Shown here: positions 1-9,199 of the stretch, in pieces
Numbering within the stretch: position 1 is the first letter of the stretch
Layout: each line of letters starts with the position of its first letter
Source: Candidatus Homeothermus arabinoxylanisolvens
GTDB taxonomy: Bacteria; Bacteroidota; Bacteroidia; Bacteroidales; Muribaculaceae
Direction of reading: 5' to 3'
Length of the DNA stretch: 64,000 bases
Assembly (NCBI GenBank): GCA_001689405.1
Contig: LUJO01000049.1
Span: 11,864-75,863 of the forward strand
The notes under the pieces: generated by a model
The model's database searches: none
What the model was told of the DNA's origin: nothing
Seen by the model: only the letters and a program-made list of their open reading frames with translations
Position numbers and translations under genes: made by a program

Positions 1-86
1 GCTCGTGATCGATGTGCCGCAGGTACATCGATGCCGCCCCAACCGCTATTCTTATGGGATGTGACCTATCCTTATGACTATACCGC

Positions 87-953
87 TCAGTATTCGGCCG
101 CTTCCGAAAACATCGATGCCGCTTCCGGCTTTATGCAGGACTGTATCTGATAGTAGGGTATGCGTACGTTTATACTTCCCATTGCGTAGGGAGCTATGTC
201 ATACGGGTTGTAGTGAAACACGATGTCGTAGCCTTGCAGATAAAAGTTGTCGGTGACATATATACGGTCGGCGAATATGCCCTTGTCCTGAAGCTCTTTC
301 ATCGATGACACGCCGTACTTTGTCATAAGACAGTCTTTTACCGCCTGCAATACTGTGTCGCGGGCGCCCGTCTTGAATATGTCAGACAATGTTATTGTTT
401 TCGCATTTGCCAAGTCATAATTCAGATAGTGCGATTCCGTAATGCCATGCGCACCTCCGTTATATGTGCTCGTCATAATCTGATACACGATGAATCTGGG
501 ACTGAACGTTATGACCGATGCTATGATGTCGCGGAGAAGCACTCGGTTGATTTCAGATGTCGGTATGCTGTCAACTCGCTTCATCTTGAACAGATCAATG
601 CCTTCGGGGCGTTGGGTTGACGCTAATATGGCTTGGTCTATCGACACTGCCGTGGTGTCAAATATAGCGTATACAAGCGAGTCCTGTAAACGGCTTATAT
701 CATGCCGGCCCATGGCGTCAGGCCATTCTACCGCTATTTTTACGGTACTGTATACGGGTATGCTGTCGCCGTAACAGCTGTCGGCGCCTTCACACAGATA
801 ATTTCGTTCTATGGTCTTTACGGTCTGCTTTACCTCGAAATTATGTATTTCCGATGTCTCGCAGTCCTGTGCACATGCTTTTTTATCGGAGCATGATGAT
901 GTCAGGGCCAGTGCGATTAGCGCGCATGCGTAGGTGTAGTATCTGAATCTCAT
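87..953 (-). CDS. Lipoprotein, DUF3298/RsiV-like domain protein
   Basis: 288-aa ORF with a lipoprotein-type signal (LALTSSC). The YNGGAHG motif in the C-terminal half is typical of DUF3298-type domains. Confidence 0.55.
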   Translation of the reverse strand: MRFRYYTYACALIALALTSSCSDKKACAQDCETSEIHNFEVKQTVKTIERNYLCEGADSCYGDSIPVYSTVKIAVEWPDAMGRHDISRLQDSLVYAIFDTTAVSIDQAILASTQRPEGIDLFKMKRVDSIPTSEINRVLLRDIIASVITFSPRFIVYQIMTSTYNGGAHGITESHYLNYDLANAKTITLSDIFKTGARDTVLQAVKDCLMTKYGVSSMKELQDKGIFADRIYVTDNFYLQGYDIVFHYNPYDIAPYAMGSINVRIPYYQIQSCIKPEAASMFSEAAEY

Positions 954-1259
954 ATGACAAAATTAATGATTTTATATTATTTAATGACGCTCATAAATTG
1001 TAAAATGTTCATCAACGGGCATCGCATGGTTGGGCTTGCCTTGATTTTTGTAACCGTAATGTAATATGCTTGTCGATACGGTATATAATATTAAATATGT
1101 GTAAAGCAAAGCCAAAAAGGCCAATATTTAGGCTAAAAAGGCCTATTTGCTCAAAAAAAGATACATTGTGCATTGAAAAGTTTTAGTATCTCGATTTAAA
1201 TTATTTACTTTGCACTGCAAAATCGCAAATATCATTAACTAATTAATAAATTTAGAACT

Positions 1260-1496
1260 ATGTCAGAAATTGCATCTCGAGTAAAGGCTATTATCGCTGA
1301 CAAACTCAACGTTGACGAAAACGAAGTAACTGAAACTGCTGAATTCACTAAGGATCTTGGCGCAGACAGCCTCGACACCGTTGAGCTCATCATGGAGTTT
1401 GAGAAAGAATTCGGCATCACTATTCCCGATGACAAAGCTGAAGGCATCACTACTGTAAAGGATGCTATCGAATACATCGAAGCAGCTAAGAACTAA
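1260..1496 (+). CDS. acpP: Acyl carrier protein
   Basis: 78-aa ORF with the phosphopantetheine attachment motif [11 protein letters not shown]. It lies immediately upstream of fabF. Confidence 0.95.
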   Translation: MSEIASRVKAIIADKLNVDENEVTETAEFTKDLGADSLDTVELIMEFEKEFGITIPDDKAEGITTVKDAIEYIEAAKN

Positions 1497-1524
1497 TTAA
1501 ACTCAAAATTTCTCTGTTTTTTAA

Positions 1525-2787
1525 ATGGAATTAAAGAGAGTTGTCGTAACCGGACTCGGCGCAATAACTCCGATAGGCAATGATGTGGATACCACATGGA
1601 CCAATGCCTTGAACGGTGTTAGCGGTGCCGCGCCCATTACGCATTTTGACGCCTCTAAATTCAAGACACAGTTTGCGTGTGAGGTCAAGGGGTTCAATGC
1701 AGCCGATCATTTCGACCGCAAGAAGCTCCGTCAGCTTGACCTTTATGCGCAGTACGCACTTGTTGCAGCCGAGCAGGCTGTCAAGGATGCCGATCTCGAA
1801 AACGAGAATATCGACAAAAATCGCGTAGGTGTCATAATCGCTGCCGGTATCGGAGGCCTTCATACCTTTGAGGAAGAGGCCGGATACTATGCGATGCACG
1901 AAGACATGGGGCCGAAATACAATCCTTTCTTCATCCCAAAGATGATCGCTGACATCGCATCGGGCCATGTGTCCATGCAGTACGGCTACCACGGACCCAA
2001 CTATGGTGTCGTGTCGGCTTGTGCATCATCTACCAATGCTCTCATCGACGCGTTTAACCTTATCCGTCTCGGTAAGGCCGACGCTATAGTTACCGGCGGT
2101 GCCGAGGCTGCGGTATATCCTGCAGGCGTGGGCGGTTTCAACTCCATGCATGCATTGTCAACCCGCAATGACAGCCCCGAGACTGCTTCGCGTCCTTTCA
2201 GCAAGTCGCGCGACGGTTTTGTTATCGGTGAGGGATCGGCTGTGCTTGTTCTTGAAGAATTGGAGCACGCCAAAGCTCGTGGAGCGAAAATATATGCGGA
2301 AGTTGTCGGAGGCGGTATGTCGGCCGATGCTTACCACCTTACTGCCACACACCCCGAAGGCCTCGGAGCAAAGCTTGTGATGCAGAACGCTCTTGAAGAT
2401 GCAGGGATGAAGCCTGAGGATATTGACTACATCAATGTTCATGGTACTTCCACTCCTGTAGGTGACCTCTCCGAGGTTAAAGCCATAAAGGAGGTTTTTG
2501 GCGACCATGCCTACAAGGTGAACATCAGCTCTACAAAGTCTATGACCGGCCACCTTCTCGGTGCCACCGGTGCGCTTGAAGCACTATTCTGTGTGAAAGC
2601 TGTGCAGAACGATATCGTTCCTCCCACTATCAACCATGATCCGGAAGATCAGGATGAGGAGATTGACTATAATCTTAACTTTACATTTGACAAGGCTCAG
2701 AAACGTACTGTCAATACCGCTCTTTCCAACACATTCGGATTCGGCGGCCATAATGCCACTGTCATTGTAAAGAAGTATGTAGAGTAA
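1525..2787 (+). CDS. fabF: Beta-ketoacyl-ACP synthase II
   Basis: 420 aa with the active-site Cys context VSACASS, catalytic His contexts HGTSTP and GHLLGA, and a C-terminal FGFGGHN. Confidence 0.95.
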   Translation: MELKRVVVTGLGAITPIGNDVDTTWTNALNGVSGAAPITHFDASKFKTQFACEVKGFNAADHFDRKKLRQLDLYAQYALVAAEQAVKDADLENENIDKNRVGVIIAAGIGGLHTFEEEAGYYAMHEDMGPKYNPFFIPKMIADIASGHVSMQYGYHGPNYGVVSACASSTNALIDAFNLIRLGKADAIVTGGAEAAVYPAGVGGFNSMHALSTRNDSPETASRPFSKSRDGFVIGEGSAVLVLEELEHAKARGAKIYAEVVGGGMSADAYHLTATHPEGLGAKLVMQNALEDAGMKPEDIDYINVHGTSTPVGDLSEVKAIKEVFGDHAYKVNISSTKSMTGHLLGATGALEALFCVKAVQNDIVPPTINHDPEDQDEEIDYNLNFTFDKAQKRTVNTALSNTFGFGGHNATVIVKKYVE

Positions 2788-2820
2788 GAATCATACGATA
2801 GACCATATCGTTTATTTTAA

Positions 2821-2852
2821 GCGGGAGATGCCGACCGGCATCTCCCGCTTTT
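2821..2852 (+). terminator. Rho-independent terminator after fabF
   Basis: Perfect 12-bp stem GCGGGAGATGCC / GGCATCTCCCGC with a 4-nt loop, followed by TTTT. Confidence 0.7.
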
Positions 2853-2927
2853 ATATTTATATATGTATGATGAACCAAATTCTATAGTGAAGTGTTATAA
2901 TAGGCGTGTAAAATAATCATCCAGTCT

Positions 2928-3146
2928 ATGAGTAAATTTCTATTCGCTGTTGTCATTTTGATATATCTAATACCCGGATGTATAGCCGTGATGGTTCATA
3001 ATAAAGTCATACCTGTCAAAGACGGTCAGACCGACATACCTGTCGATAGTGAGATTATTGGTAATAATCCCGGCGCTCTCCATACGATAGACAGCATATA
3101 TGACAATACGTCAGTCAGCATGGACTATCTGCTTGTGAAGTATTGA
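2928..3146 (+). CDS. Small hypothetical protein with an N-terminal hydrophobic/lipobox-like segment
   Basis: 72-aa ORF in an AT-rich patch with N-terminal FAVVILIYLIPGC. No recognisable domain, so coding status is uncertain. Confidence 0.3.
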   Translation: MSKFLFAVVILIYLIPGCIAVMVHNKVIPVKDGQTDIPVDSEIIGNNPGALHTIDSIYDNTSVSMDYLLVKY

Positions 3147-3158
3147 CGTTCTAATTTC

Positions 3159-3374
3159 CTATCGTTCTATTGATATTGTCACTACTCCTTTGGCCGGAAT
3201 TGAAAATTCAGTGTCGGCAGTATCGATACTTGTTTTATTGCCCGCAGCTGTACATTCTATCTTGGCGGGTTGTTCTCCCTCCCATGACAGTTTTACTTTT
3301 TCTTTTTTATCTGACATGGAATGAAGCCTTAATTCCTTTCGGCGTCCGTTGTCAAGCGTTATGTAGTTTGTCAT
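3159..3374 (-). other. Out-of-frame ORF that looks like the C-terminal end of the upstream glycoside hydrolase (possible frameshift)
   Basis: 71-aa ORF overlapping the stop of the 3352..5442 gene by 23 nt in another frame. It has a beta-sandwich-like sequence (KVKLSWEGEQPAKIECTA...VVTISIER). Confidence 0.4.
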
Positions 3375-5442
3375 CTACTAAAATTGAATTTATAAGCGGG
3401 CCTTGTTCTCCTTTACGTATTTTTATGTCGTAGGGCTTTAATGCATATCCTGAACTTTTGTCGCCTTCAAGATAACGGAAGCTGTTTATGTTGGCTGTCG
3501 ATTCGTTATTGACAAATTCTTCTCCGTTGAAGAGTAGGCTTACTATGTCTCCTGTAACCGGGTCGACTTCAACCTTTACTATCCCGTTGTCCAGTACATT
3601 TGGCGCTGTATGGGCTTTTGTATGTGTCATATCCGGTTTGCCTCTTTTTAGCAAATAGTCGCGGCATCCTAACGGAGCCACGTTCTCTGCATGAAAAGCG
3701 AGCTGTCCGTTTGTCAGTCGTTGTACTTCTGCCTCTTTCCCGTCAGAGTCAATGACTCTGTTGTATGTCCTGTCAATATCGGCCGGCAGTAGCACAATAC
3801 CGCTTTTCGCATGGTTTTCGGTATTGAACACCGTTATACGGCTGGAACTTTTGTCTTCTATGGCGGCGTACGACATCTTGACCAGACTGTCGGTTAGCTC
3901 TTTTGCTCTGTCGAAGTAACCTGACTTGGACTTGAGTATCGGCTGTTGGAACTCGTCTTTTACCGGATCCATGAACGCCCATGTGTGTTCGGTGCTCAAT
4001 ATCATATTGCGCCATGTTTCGCTTGTAAGGTCGCGGGGTTCCTCTGCGTTGTCACTTAACATGCTCCATAATATTTCACCTTGTACGAGACGTTCTTTAA
4101 CTTCACGGCTCTCTCCGGTCTTTTGTGCGCTTGATCCCAGCCCGTCAGTCCAGTATTCCGTGAAGTCGCCTTTCATTACCGGCAGGCTGTCGCCCCAGCG
4201 GCTTTCAAAAGCTTGCATTAGCTCGGTGGCGGTACATATGCGCAGATGCGGAAAGGCGTATTCCTCGTTCCAACTCTTTATTGCATCGGGCAGGTCGGTA
4301 TCGATAGGCGTGTTGTCGGCCATGCACCAAGTCATCGGAAAGATGTCGTAAGGATACTCTTTGTCATTTTCAAGTTGTGGCAGCATCTCGTCGAGATAGG
4401 GGTCTATGAAGTTTTCACGCGGATTATCGGTCTTTATTATCGGAAACAGTTTGCTGCGGTCAAGCTGTCCGGCAAGCGACGGCCAGAAGTATTTACCCTT
4501 GATCTGGGCTCCCGGTGCGTAAGATCCGGGCTGAAGAAACAGCACTTCCGACTTTCCGTCAGGGCCTATCCATCGGAATGGGCGGAAACTTAGTTTATGG
4601 GAGGTGCCTATGCGCCCTGAACCGTTGAACAGCGACAATATGTAGTCCACGCCCATCATGTTGGCGGCAGTGACCGTGCCCCATGACATGCCGGGTATAT
4701 CGGTCTGTACCATGGTCCTTATCGGTTTTCCCGTAAGCCGTTCGATCTGTTTTCCGTATTCAAACAGCTTTAAGAGTTCTTCATCGCTGCTGGCGCTTGT
4801 ATTGGTATTCACGTATCCCGCGTCAAGCGCTATTGTGCCGTCTTGTATTGCCGTTATGAGTCGTTCACGTTTTTCTTTTGATTCACTTTTCATGTATCGT
4901 TCCACAGGCCATATCACTTCCGGATTCCATTTGAACCGTGCCTCCTCGGGATATGTCGCGGTTTTGGCTGCTAACTCGATTGCAACATCAAGATTGCGCT
5001 TATGGATAAACTCAACGTTTTCGTGAGTATTTGTATAGCCTATGTCGACATGTGAATGTGGATATATGTATACTGTCCAGTGACGCATCGCCGGAATGAC
5101 GGCAGGGCATGATATGCTGTGGCCTTTCCATACAATGCTTGCGGTAATTGTGTCGGTGGAGGTGACGCCGGTCGCCGCAGGCAATAGTATTTCCACCGAG
5201 TCTGAGGGTAAATGCTTTATTTCCGTAATTTCGACAGTGTTTCCAGCCGCTATTTCTACTTTAGCTCCCTTTAGGCTGCGTTTGCCCGAATATTTTAATA
5301 TTATTGAGCGTCCCGGTTGCCCGTCGGTACGTTTTTTGTAGTAGTTGTGTACTTTTATATCAAGCATCTCCGGTGATGTCGGTGATGCCGCGGCAATGGA
5401 TGCGATTGCCACAATGAGCAGTGATGCAATGACTTGGCGCAT
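3352..5442 (-). CDS. Secreted glycoside hydrolase, GH38-like (alpha-mannosidase family) protein, possibly C-terminally truncated by a frameshift
   Basis: ORF 3352..5622 trimmed to the ATG at 5442, which precedes a signal-like stretch (MRQVIASLLIVAIASIAAA). The YPHSHVDIGYT motif resembles the GH38 N-terminal metal-binding site. The family call rests on this motif only. Confidence 0.55.
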   Translation of the reverse strand: MRQVIASLLIVAIASIAAASPTSPEMLDIKVHNYYKKRTDGQPGRSIILKYSGKRSLKGAKVEIAAGNTVEITEIKHLPSDSVEILLPAATGVTSTDTITASIVWKGHSISCPAVIPAMRHWTVYIYPHSHVDIGYTNTHENVEFIHKRNLDVAIELAAKTATYPEEARFKWNPEVIWPVERYMKSESKEKRERLITAIQDGTIALDAGYVNTNTSASSDEELLKLFEYGKQIERLTGKPIRTMVQTDIPGMSWGTVTAANMMGVDYILSLFNGSGRIGTSHKLSFRPFRWIGPDGKSEVLFLQPGSYAPGAQIKGKYFWPSLAGQLDRSKLFPIIKTDNPRENFIDPYLDEMLPQLENDKEYPYDIFPMTWCMADNTPIDTDLPDAIKSWNEEYAFPHLRICTATELMQAFESRWGDSLPVMKGDFTEYWTDGLGSSAQKTGESREVKERLVQGEILWSMLSDNAEEPRDLTSETWRNMILSTEHTWAFMDPVKDEFQQPILKSKSGYFDRAKELTDSLVKMSYAAIEDKSSSRITVFNTENHAKSGIVLLPADIDRTYNRVIDSDGKEAEVQRLTNGQLAFHAENVAPLGCRDYLLKRGKPDMTHTKAHTAPNVLDNGIVKVEVDPVTGDIVSLLFNGEEFVNNESTANINSFRYLEGDKSSGYALKPYDIKIRKGEQGPLINSILVDDKLHNA

Positions 5443-5563
5443 CTCCTGTTTATGTAATTTATTACTGTACACCTCTCTGTAAAGACTTATTATATGTTTT
5501 TGCAAAACCCTTGATAATAAAGATGTGTTATTTTTTATATTACTAACCATAACACACAATACT

Positions 5564-6367
5564 ATGGCTAAAAATGATATGACACACAAAAAGCTCGCTG
5601 CCCACAAGCAACCTTTGGGCATTGAGGCTCATCCCGAGCCGTTGGAGCTCCCGGCACATAAATCACCGTTGATGGTAGGCGCACATGCTGAGACCGTTGC
5701 CGCTGCAGGTGTTGCAGCGCCTGCGGCTGCATCCATGAAATGGGGCGTTCTGGCAACTATACTTGGGCTTGCTCTTGTTGTGGCCGGCTTCCTTTTCTTT
5801 GCCAACCATGACCGTCTTAGCGACAAGATGCCGCCTGTGGCAAGCGCTCACTGGCAGAAAGCTGTGAAAGGAGCCGGTTATGATCTTGATCCTGCCGGTG
5901 GTATATCGGGCAGTATGCAGGTTGACGGCGAGGCTGTCGGTCTGTATGACATGTCGGGAGGTAAAGCCCCCGAGTCGACTGCTGCCGATGTCGCTTCCGG
6001 AAAGGCGGTTTCTGACAAAGCCGCCGCTGTCGGTAAAGATGTTTCTGCCGCGACCGGCGCTGCCATTGACAAGGTCGTGTATCTGTTTGCCTACGACAGT
6101 TCGGGAGTGCCCGAAAGCGTCACCTTAAACAAGGTGGCTGACCGGGCTGCGGCTTCGGGCGAGACTGTTACGGTGAAGGCATACACTGACGCCACCGGCA
6201 ATGCCGATTATAACCGTAGATTAAGTGACCGCCGTGCCAAGGCGGTGGGCGATTATCTTATAGCCCACGGGGTGGCCGCCTCACATGTGAATACAATGGG
6301 CATGGGCCCGACTAAAGCGTTTTCCGACAACGCCCACGACCGCAGGGCTGAGATAACATTTAATTGA
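5564..6367 (+). CDS. OmpA/MotB-family peptidoglycan-binding protein with one TM helix
   Basis: ATG at 5564 inside the GTG-started ORF 5525..6367. It has a TM segment (WGVLATILGLALVVAGFLFF) and a C-terminal OmpA-like domain (TDATGNADYNRRLSDRRAKAV...DRRAEI). Confidence 0.75.
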   Translation: MAKNDMTHKKLAAHKQPLGIEAHPEPLELPAHKSPLMVGAHAETVAAAGVAAPAAASMKWGVLATILGLALVVAGFLFFANHDRLSDKMPPVASAHWQKAVKGAGYDLDPAGGISGSMQVDGEAVGLYDMSGGKAPESTAADVASGKAVSDKAAAVGKDVSAATGAAIDKVVYLFAYDSSGVPESVTLNKVADRAAASGETVTVKAYTDATGNADYNRRLSDRRAKAVGDYLIAHGVAASHVNTMGMGPTKAFSDNAHDRRAEITFN

Positions 6368-6385
6368 TACTTCTTCTTTAATATA

Positions 6386-6420
6386 AAATGGGGTACGCTA
6401 TGATGAAGCGCATCCCATTT
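6386..6420. terminator. Imperfect hairpin between convergent genes (possible bidirectional terminator)
   Basis: AAATGGGGTACGC ... GCGCATCCCATTT, 13-nt arms with two mismatches, lying between the OmpA-like stop and the ThiF-like stop. Confidence 0.35.
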
Positions 6421-6421
6421 G

Positions 6422-7174
6422 TCATTTTGTCGTTTTACATGCACTGCAATTCGGACTGTGACTGAATTTTATGATGTTGAAATTCATGGTCCGTAAGTCA
6501 AATTTCAATAGCCGTCCTGTAAGCTGTTCACCTATGCCCGTTATATATTTTAGTGCTTCTGCGGCTTGGATGCTGCCGAGTATGCCCGGCACGACACCGA
6601 GCACCCCTGACGATGCGCTTGGCGGTATATCTTTTATCGGAGTGTTTACTCCGAAAAGACATCGGTAGCACGGATATCCCGGAACGTATGTGAACGTATA
6701 TCCTCCGTACTCTTTTATAGCTCCGTGAGAAAACGCTATGCCGGTTTTAACGCAAGTATCGTTTATCAGATATTTTGTCTGTGACGAGTCGGTGGCATCC
6801 ACAATGAAGTCGTAGCCGCCTGTTATGTCATATGCATTTGCTTCGGTCAGCAGCTCTTCGTACACAATTGTATTTACGTCCGGATTGATACGGGCTATTG
6901 TTTCTGCGGCTGACGTGACTTTGGGCTTTCCAAGTGCCGAGGTATTGTGTATGACCTGACGCTGCAGATTGCTTATCTCGACGTTATCTCCGTCAATAAG
7001 TCCAAGTGTGCCTACGCCGGCTGCCGCAAGATATAGCGCCGCGGGTGATCCGAGACCTCCGAGGCCTACGACAAGTACCCGGGCTTCGGCTAATAGCCGT
7101 TGTCCTTCTGTGCCGACTTCCGGAAGCATCAGATGCCGTGCATAACGTTCTTTTTGTTGCGGTGATAGTGTCAT
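6422..7174 (-). CDS. ThiF/MoeB/HesA-family E1-like adenylyltransferase
   Basis: 250 aa with the nucleotide-binding loop VVGLGGLGSP and two Cys pairs (CYRC, CSAC) typical of the MoeB/ThiF zinc site. It starts 10 nt after the metY stop. Confidence 0.85.
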   Translation of the reverse strand: MTLSPQQKERYARHLMLPEVGTEGQRLLAEARVLVVGLGGLGSPAALYLAAAGVGTLGLIDGDNVEISNLQRQVIHNTSALGKPKVTSAAETIARINPDVNTIVYEELLTEANAYDITGGYDFIVDATDSSQTKYLINDTCVKTGIAFSHGAIKEYGGYTFTYVPGYPCYRCLFGVNTPIKDIPPSASSGVLGVVPGILGSIQAAEALKYITGIGEQLTGRLLKFDLRTMNFNIIKFSHSPNCSACKTTK

Positions 7175-7184
7175 GTATTATTGT

Positions 7185-8471
7185 TTATATATTATCAAGT
7201 GCCTGCGCTATGTCGTCGATTATGTCATCGATGTGTTCCGTGCCTATCGACAGTCGTATCGAGCCGGGGTATATGCCCTGTTGGGCCTTTTGGCTGTCAC
7301 TAAGCTGTGAGTGGGTGGTCGATGCGGGGTGAATGGCAAGTGACTTTACATCGGCGACATTTGCGAGAAGCGAGAATATTTTCAGTGAGTCAATGATGCG
7401 GTGGGCTGCATCGCGGCCGCCCTCAACTTCAAAGGTGAATATCGAGCCTGCTCCGTAAGGGAAAAAACGCTTGTACAGCTCATGGTCGGGGTGTGATTCG
7501 AGAGCGGGGTGGTTGACGCTTTTCACTTTGGGGTGCTTTGAGAGAAACTCTACGACACGCAGTGCATTGGCTACGTGGCGTTCTACGCGGAGCGACAGGG
7601 TCTCTATGCCTTGTAGCAGTATGAATGCGTTAAACGGGCTGAGGGCAGCTCCGGTATCACGCAGAAGTACCGCGCGTATACGTGTCACGTAGGCGGCTTT
7701 GCCGGCTACGTCGGTGAATACCGTTCCGTGATAAGAGGGGTCTGGGCTTGTCAGCTGCGGAAATTTGCCCGATGCTTTCCAGTCAAAATTCCCGCTGTCC
7801 ACTATGACGCCGCCGAGTGACGTGCCGTGGCCTCCGAGAAACTTGGTCGCCGAGTGTACGACAATGTCGGCTCCGTGTTCGATAGGACGGAACAGGTAGG
7901 GCGTGGCGAATGTATTGTCGACTACCAGCGGAATTCCGTGGCCGTGGGCTATTTCGGCAAGCCGGTCAATGTCAATCACGTTGGAGTTGGGGTTGCCGAG
8001 AGTTTCTATAAATATGGCTTTGGTCTCCGGTTTTATGGCTCGTGCAAAATTATCGGTATCTGACGGGTCTACAAAGGTGGATGTTATGCCGTAGTCGGCC
8101 AGTGTATGTTCGATAAGATTGTAGCTTCCTCCGTATATGGTACGGGCCGCGACTATGTGGTCGCCGCTATGTGCGAGGTTGAGCAGGGCGTATGTTATGG
8201 CTGCCGCTCCCGATGCCACCGCTAATGCGGCAACTCCACCCTCAAGTGCGGCGACGCGCTGTTCGAGCACATCCTGTGTGGGGTTGGTAAGACGCCCGTA
8301 TATATTGCCGGCATCACGAAGCCCGAACCGGGCCTCGGCGTGGGCCGAGTTGTCAAATACATACGATGTGGTCTGGTAAATAGGTACTGCACGTGCTCCG
8401 GTGGCGGAGTCGGGATTTTCCTGACCTGCATGAAGCTGAATAGTCTCGAAATGTAATTTTTTGTCTGCCAT
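7185..8471 (-). CDS. metY: O-acetylhomoserine sulfhydrylase (aminocarboxypropyltransferase), PLP-dependent
   Basis: 428 aa with N-terminal [10 protein letters not shown]...YQTTSYVF and the PLP-lysine context [11 protein letters not shown]. Confidence 0.9.
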   Translation of the reverse strand: MADKKLHFETIQLHAGQENPDSATGARAVPIYQTTSYVFDNSAHAEARFGLRDAGNIYGRLTNPTQDVLEQRVAALEGGVAALAVASGAAAITYALLNLAHSGDHIVAARTIYGGSYNLIEHTLADYGITSTFVDPSDTDNFARAIKPETKAIFIETLGNPNSNVIDIDRLAEIAHGHGIPLVVDNTFATPYLFRPIEHGADIVVHSATKFLGGHGTSLGGVIVDSGNFDWKASGKFPQLTSPDPSYHGTVFTDVAGKAAYVTRIRAVLLRDTGAALSPFNAFILLQGIETLSLRVERHVANALRVVEFLSKHPKVKSVNHPALESHPDHELYKRFFPYGAGSIFTFEVEGGRDAAHRIIDSLKIFSLLANVADVKSLAIHPASTTHSQLSDSQKAQQGIYPGSIRLSIGTEHIDDIIDDIAQALDNI

Positions 8472-8501
8472 GATTAAAATCGTTTAGTGTTTGTTTTTTG
8501 A

Positions 8502-8509
8502 CAAAATTA
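8502..8509 (-). promoter_or_regulatory. Candidate Bacteroidetes -7 promoter box for metY
   Basis: CAAAATTA on the + strand equals TAATTTTG on the - strand, matching TAnnTTTG, 31 nt upstream of the metY ATG. Confidence 0.35.
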
Positions 8510-8560
8510 CATGCTGTAGAAATATAATCCAATATATTTCGTGAAATTGGAATATTATTC

Positions 8561-8568
8561 TAATTTTG
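8561..8568 (+). promoter_or_regulatory. Candidate -7 promoter box for the Lrp/AsnC gene
   Basis: TAATTTTG matches TAnnTTTG, 50 nt upstream of the ATG at 8618. Confidence 0.4.
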
Positions 8569-8617
8569 CATTTATGCCGGAAAATTACTCTTAAAACCGG
8601 TTTGTAAATATACTCGT

Positions 8618-9124
8618 ATGGAAAAAAATTCTACCGCCGTTTCCCGTCTTGACGCTGTCGACATAGCCTTGCTTCGCGAGTTGCAGAAAAACTGCCGTCT
8701 GACAGTCAAAGAACTTTCGGCAGCGGTCAATCTTTCGCCGACACCAGTGTTTGAGCGTCTGAAGCGCCTTGAACAATCGGGCTATATATTGCGCTACGTG
8801 GCAGTGCTTGACGCCGACATGCTCAACTGCGGCCTGATAGTGTTCTGCAATGTGAAAATGCGTCGTATAAACCGCGACATTGCCGAACAGTTTGTTAATC
8901 GCATAGCGGAGATACCTGAAGTAACCGAATGTTACAATATTTCCGGAGCCTTTGACTTCATGCTGAAAATCCATGCCCCCGACATGAAATACTATCAGGA
9001 GTTTGTGCTCAACGTGCTTGGCACTATCGACTTCGTGGCTTCGATTGAAAGCACCTTTGTCATGGCCAAGGTAAAGGATTGCTGTGGCTTGCCGTTGCCT
9101 TCGCCCGACATGTGTCATCGTTGA
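8618..9124 (+). CDS. Lrp/AsnC-family transcriptional regulator
   Basis: 168 aa with an N-terminal HTH (LDAVDIALLRELQKNCRLTVKELSAAVNLSPTPVFERLKRLEQSGYI) followed by an RAM/AsnC_trans_reg-like domain. It is divergent from metY. Confidence 0.85.
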   Translation: MEKNSTAVSRLDAVDIALLRELQKNCRLTVKELSAAVNLSPTPVFERLKRLEQSGYILRYVAVLDADMLNCGLIVFCNVKMRRINRDIAEQFVNRIAEIPEVTECYNISGAFDFMLKIHAPDMKYYQEFVLNVLGTIDFVASIESTFVMAKVKDCCGLPLPSPDMCHR

Positions 9125-9199
9125 CGTTGCCGCGATTGATAAAGGAGAGAGGCCGTACGCCACACAGTCGTCACGGCCTCTCCTTATATCGATAAGATT

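Noticed and set aside
1-86. Possible gene start on the - strand (ATG at 28-26) reading out of the window
   Set aside because: Only nine codons are visible, which is not supportable.
958-965. TAnnTTTG-type boxes lying 5-10 nt from annotated start codons (also 23649-23656, 40925-40932 and 58489-58496, all - strand)
   Set aside because: The geometry would require leaderless or near-leaderless mRNAs or different start codons. They are too ambiguous to report as promoters.
8472-8617. SAM or other riboswitch upstream of metY
   Set aside because: The 146-nt AT-rich divergent region has no conserved riboswitch core or extended helices. Only promoter-like boxes were seen.
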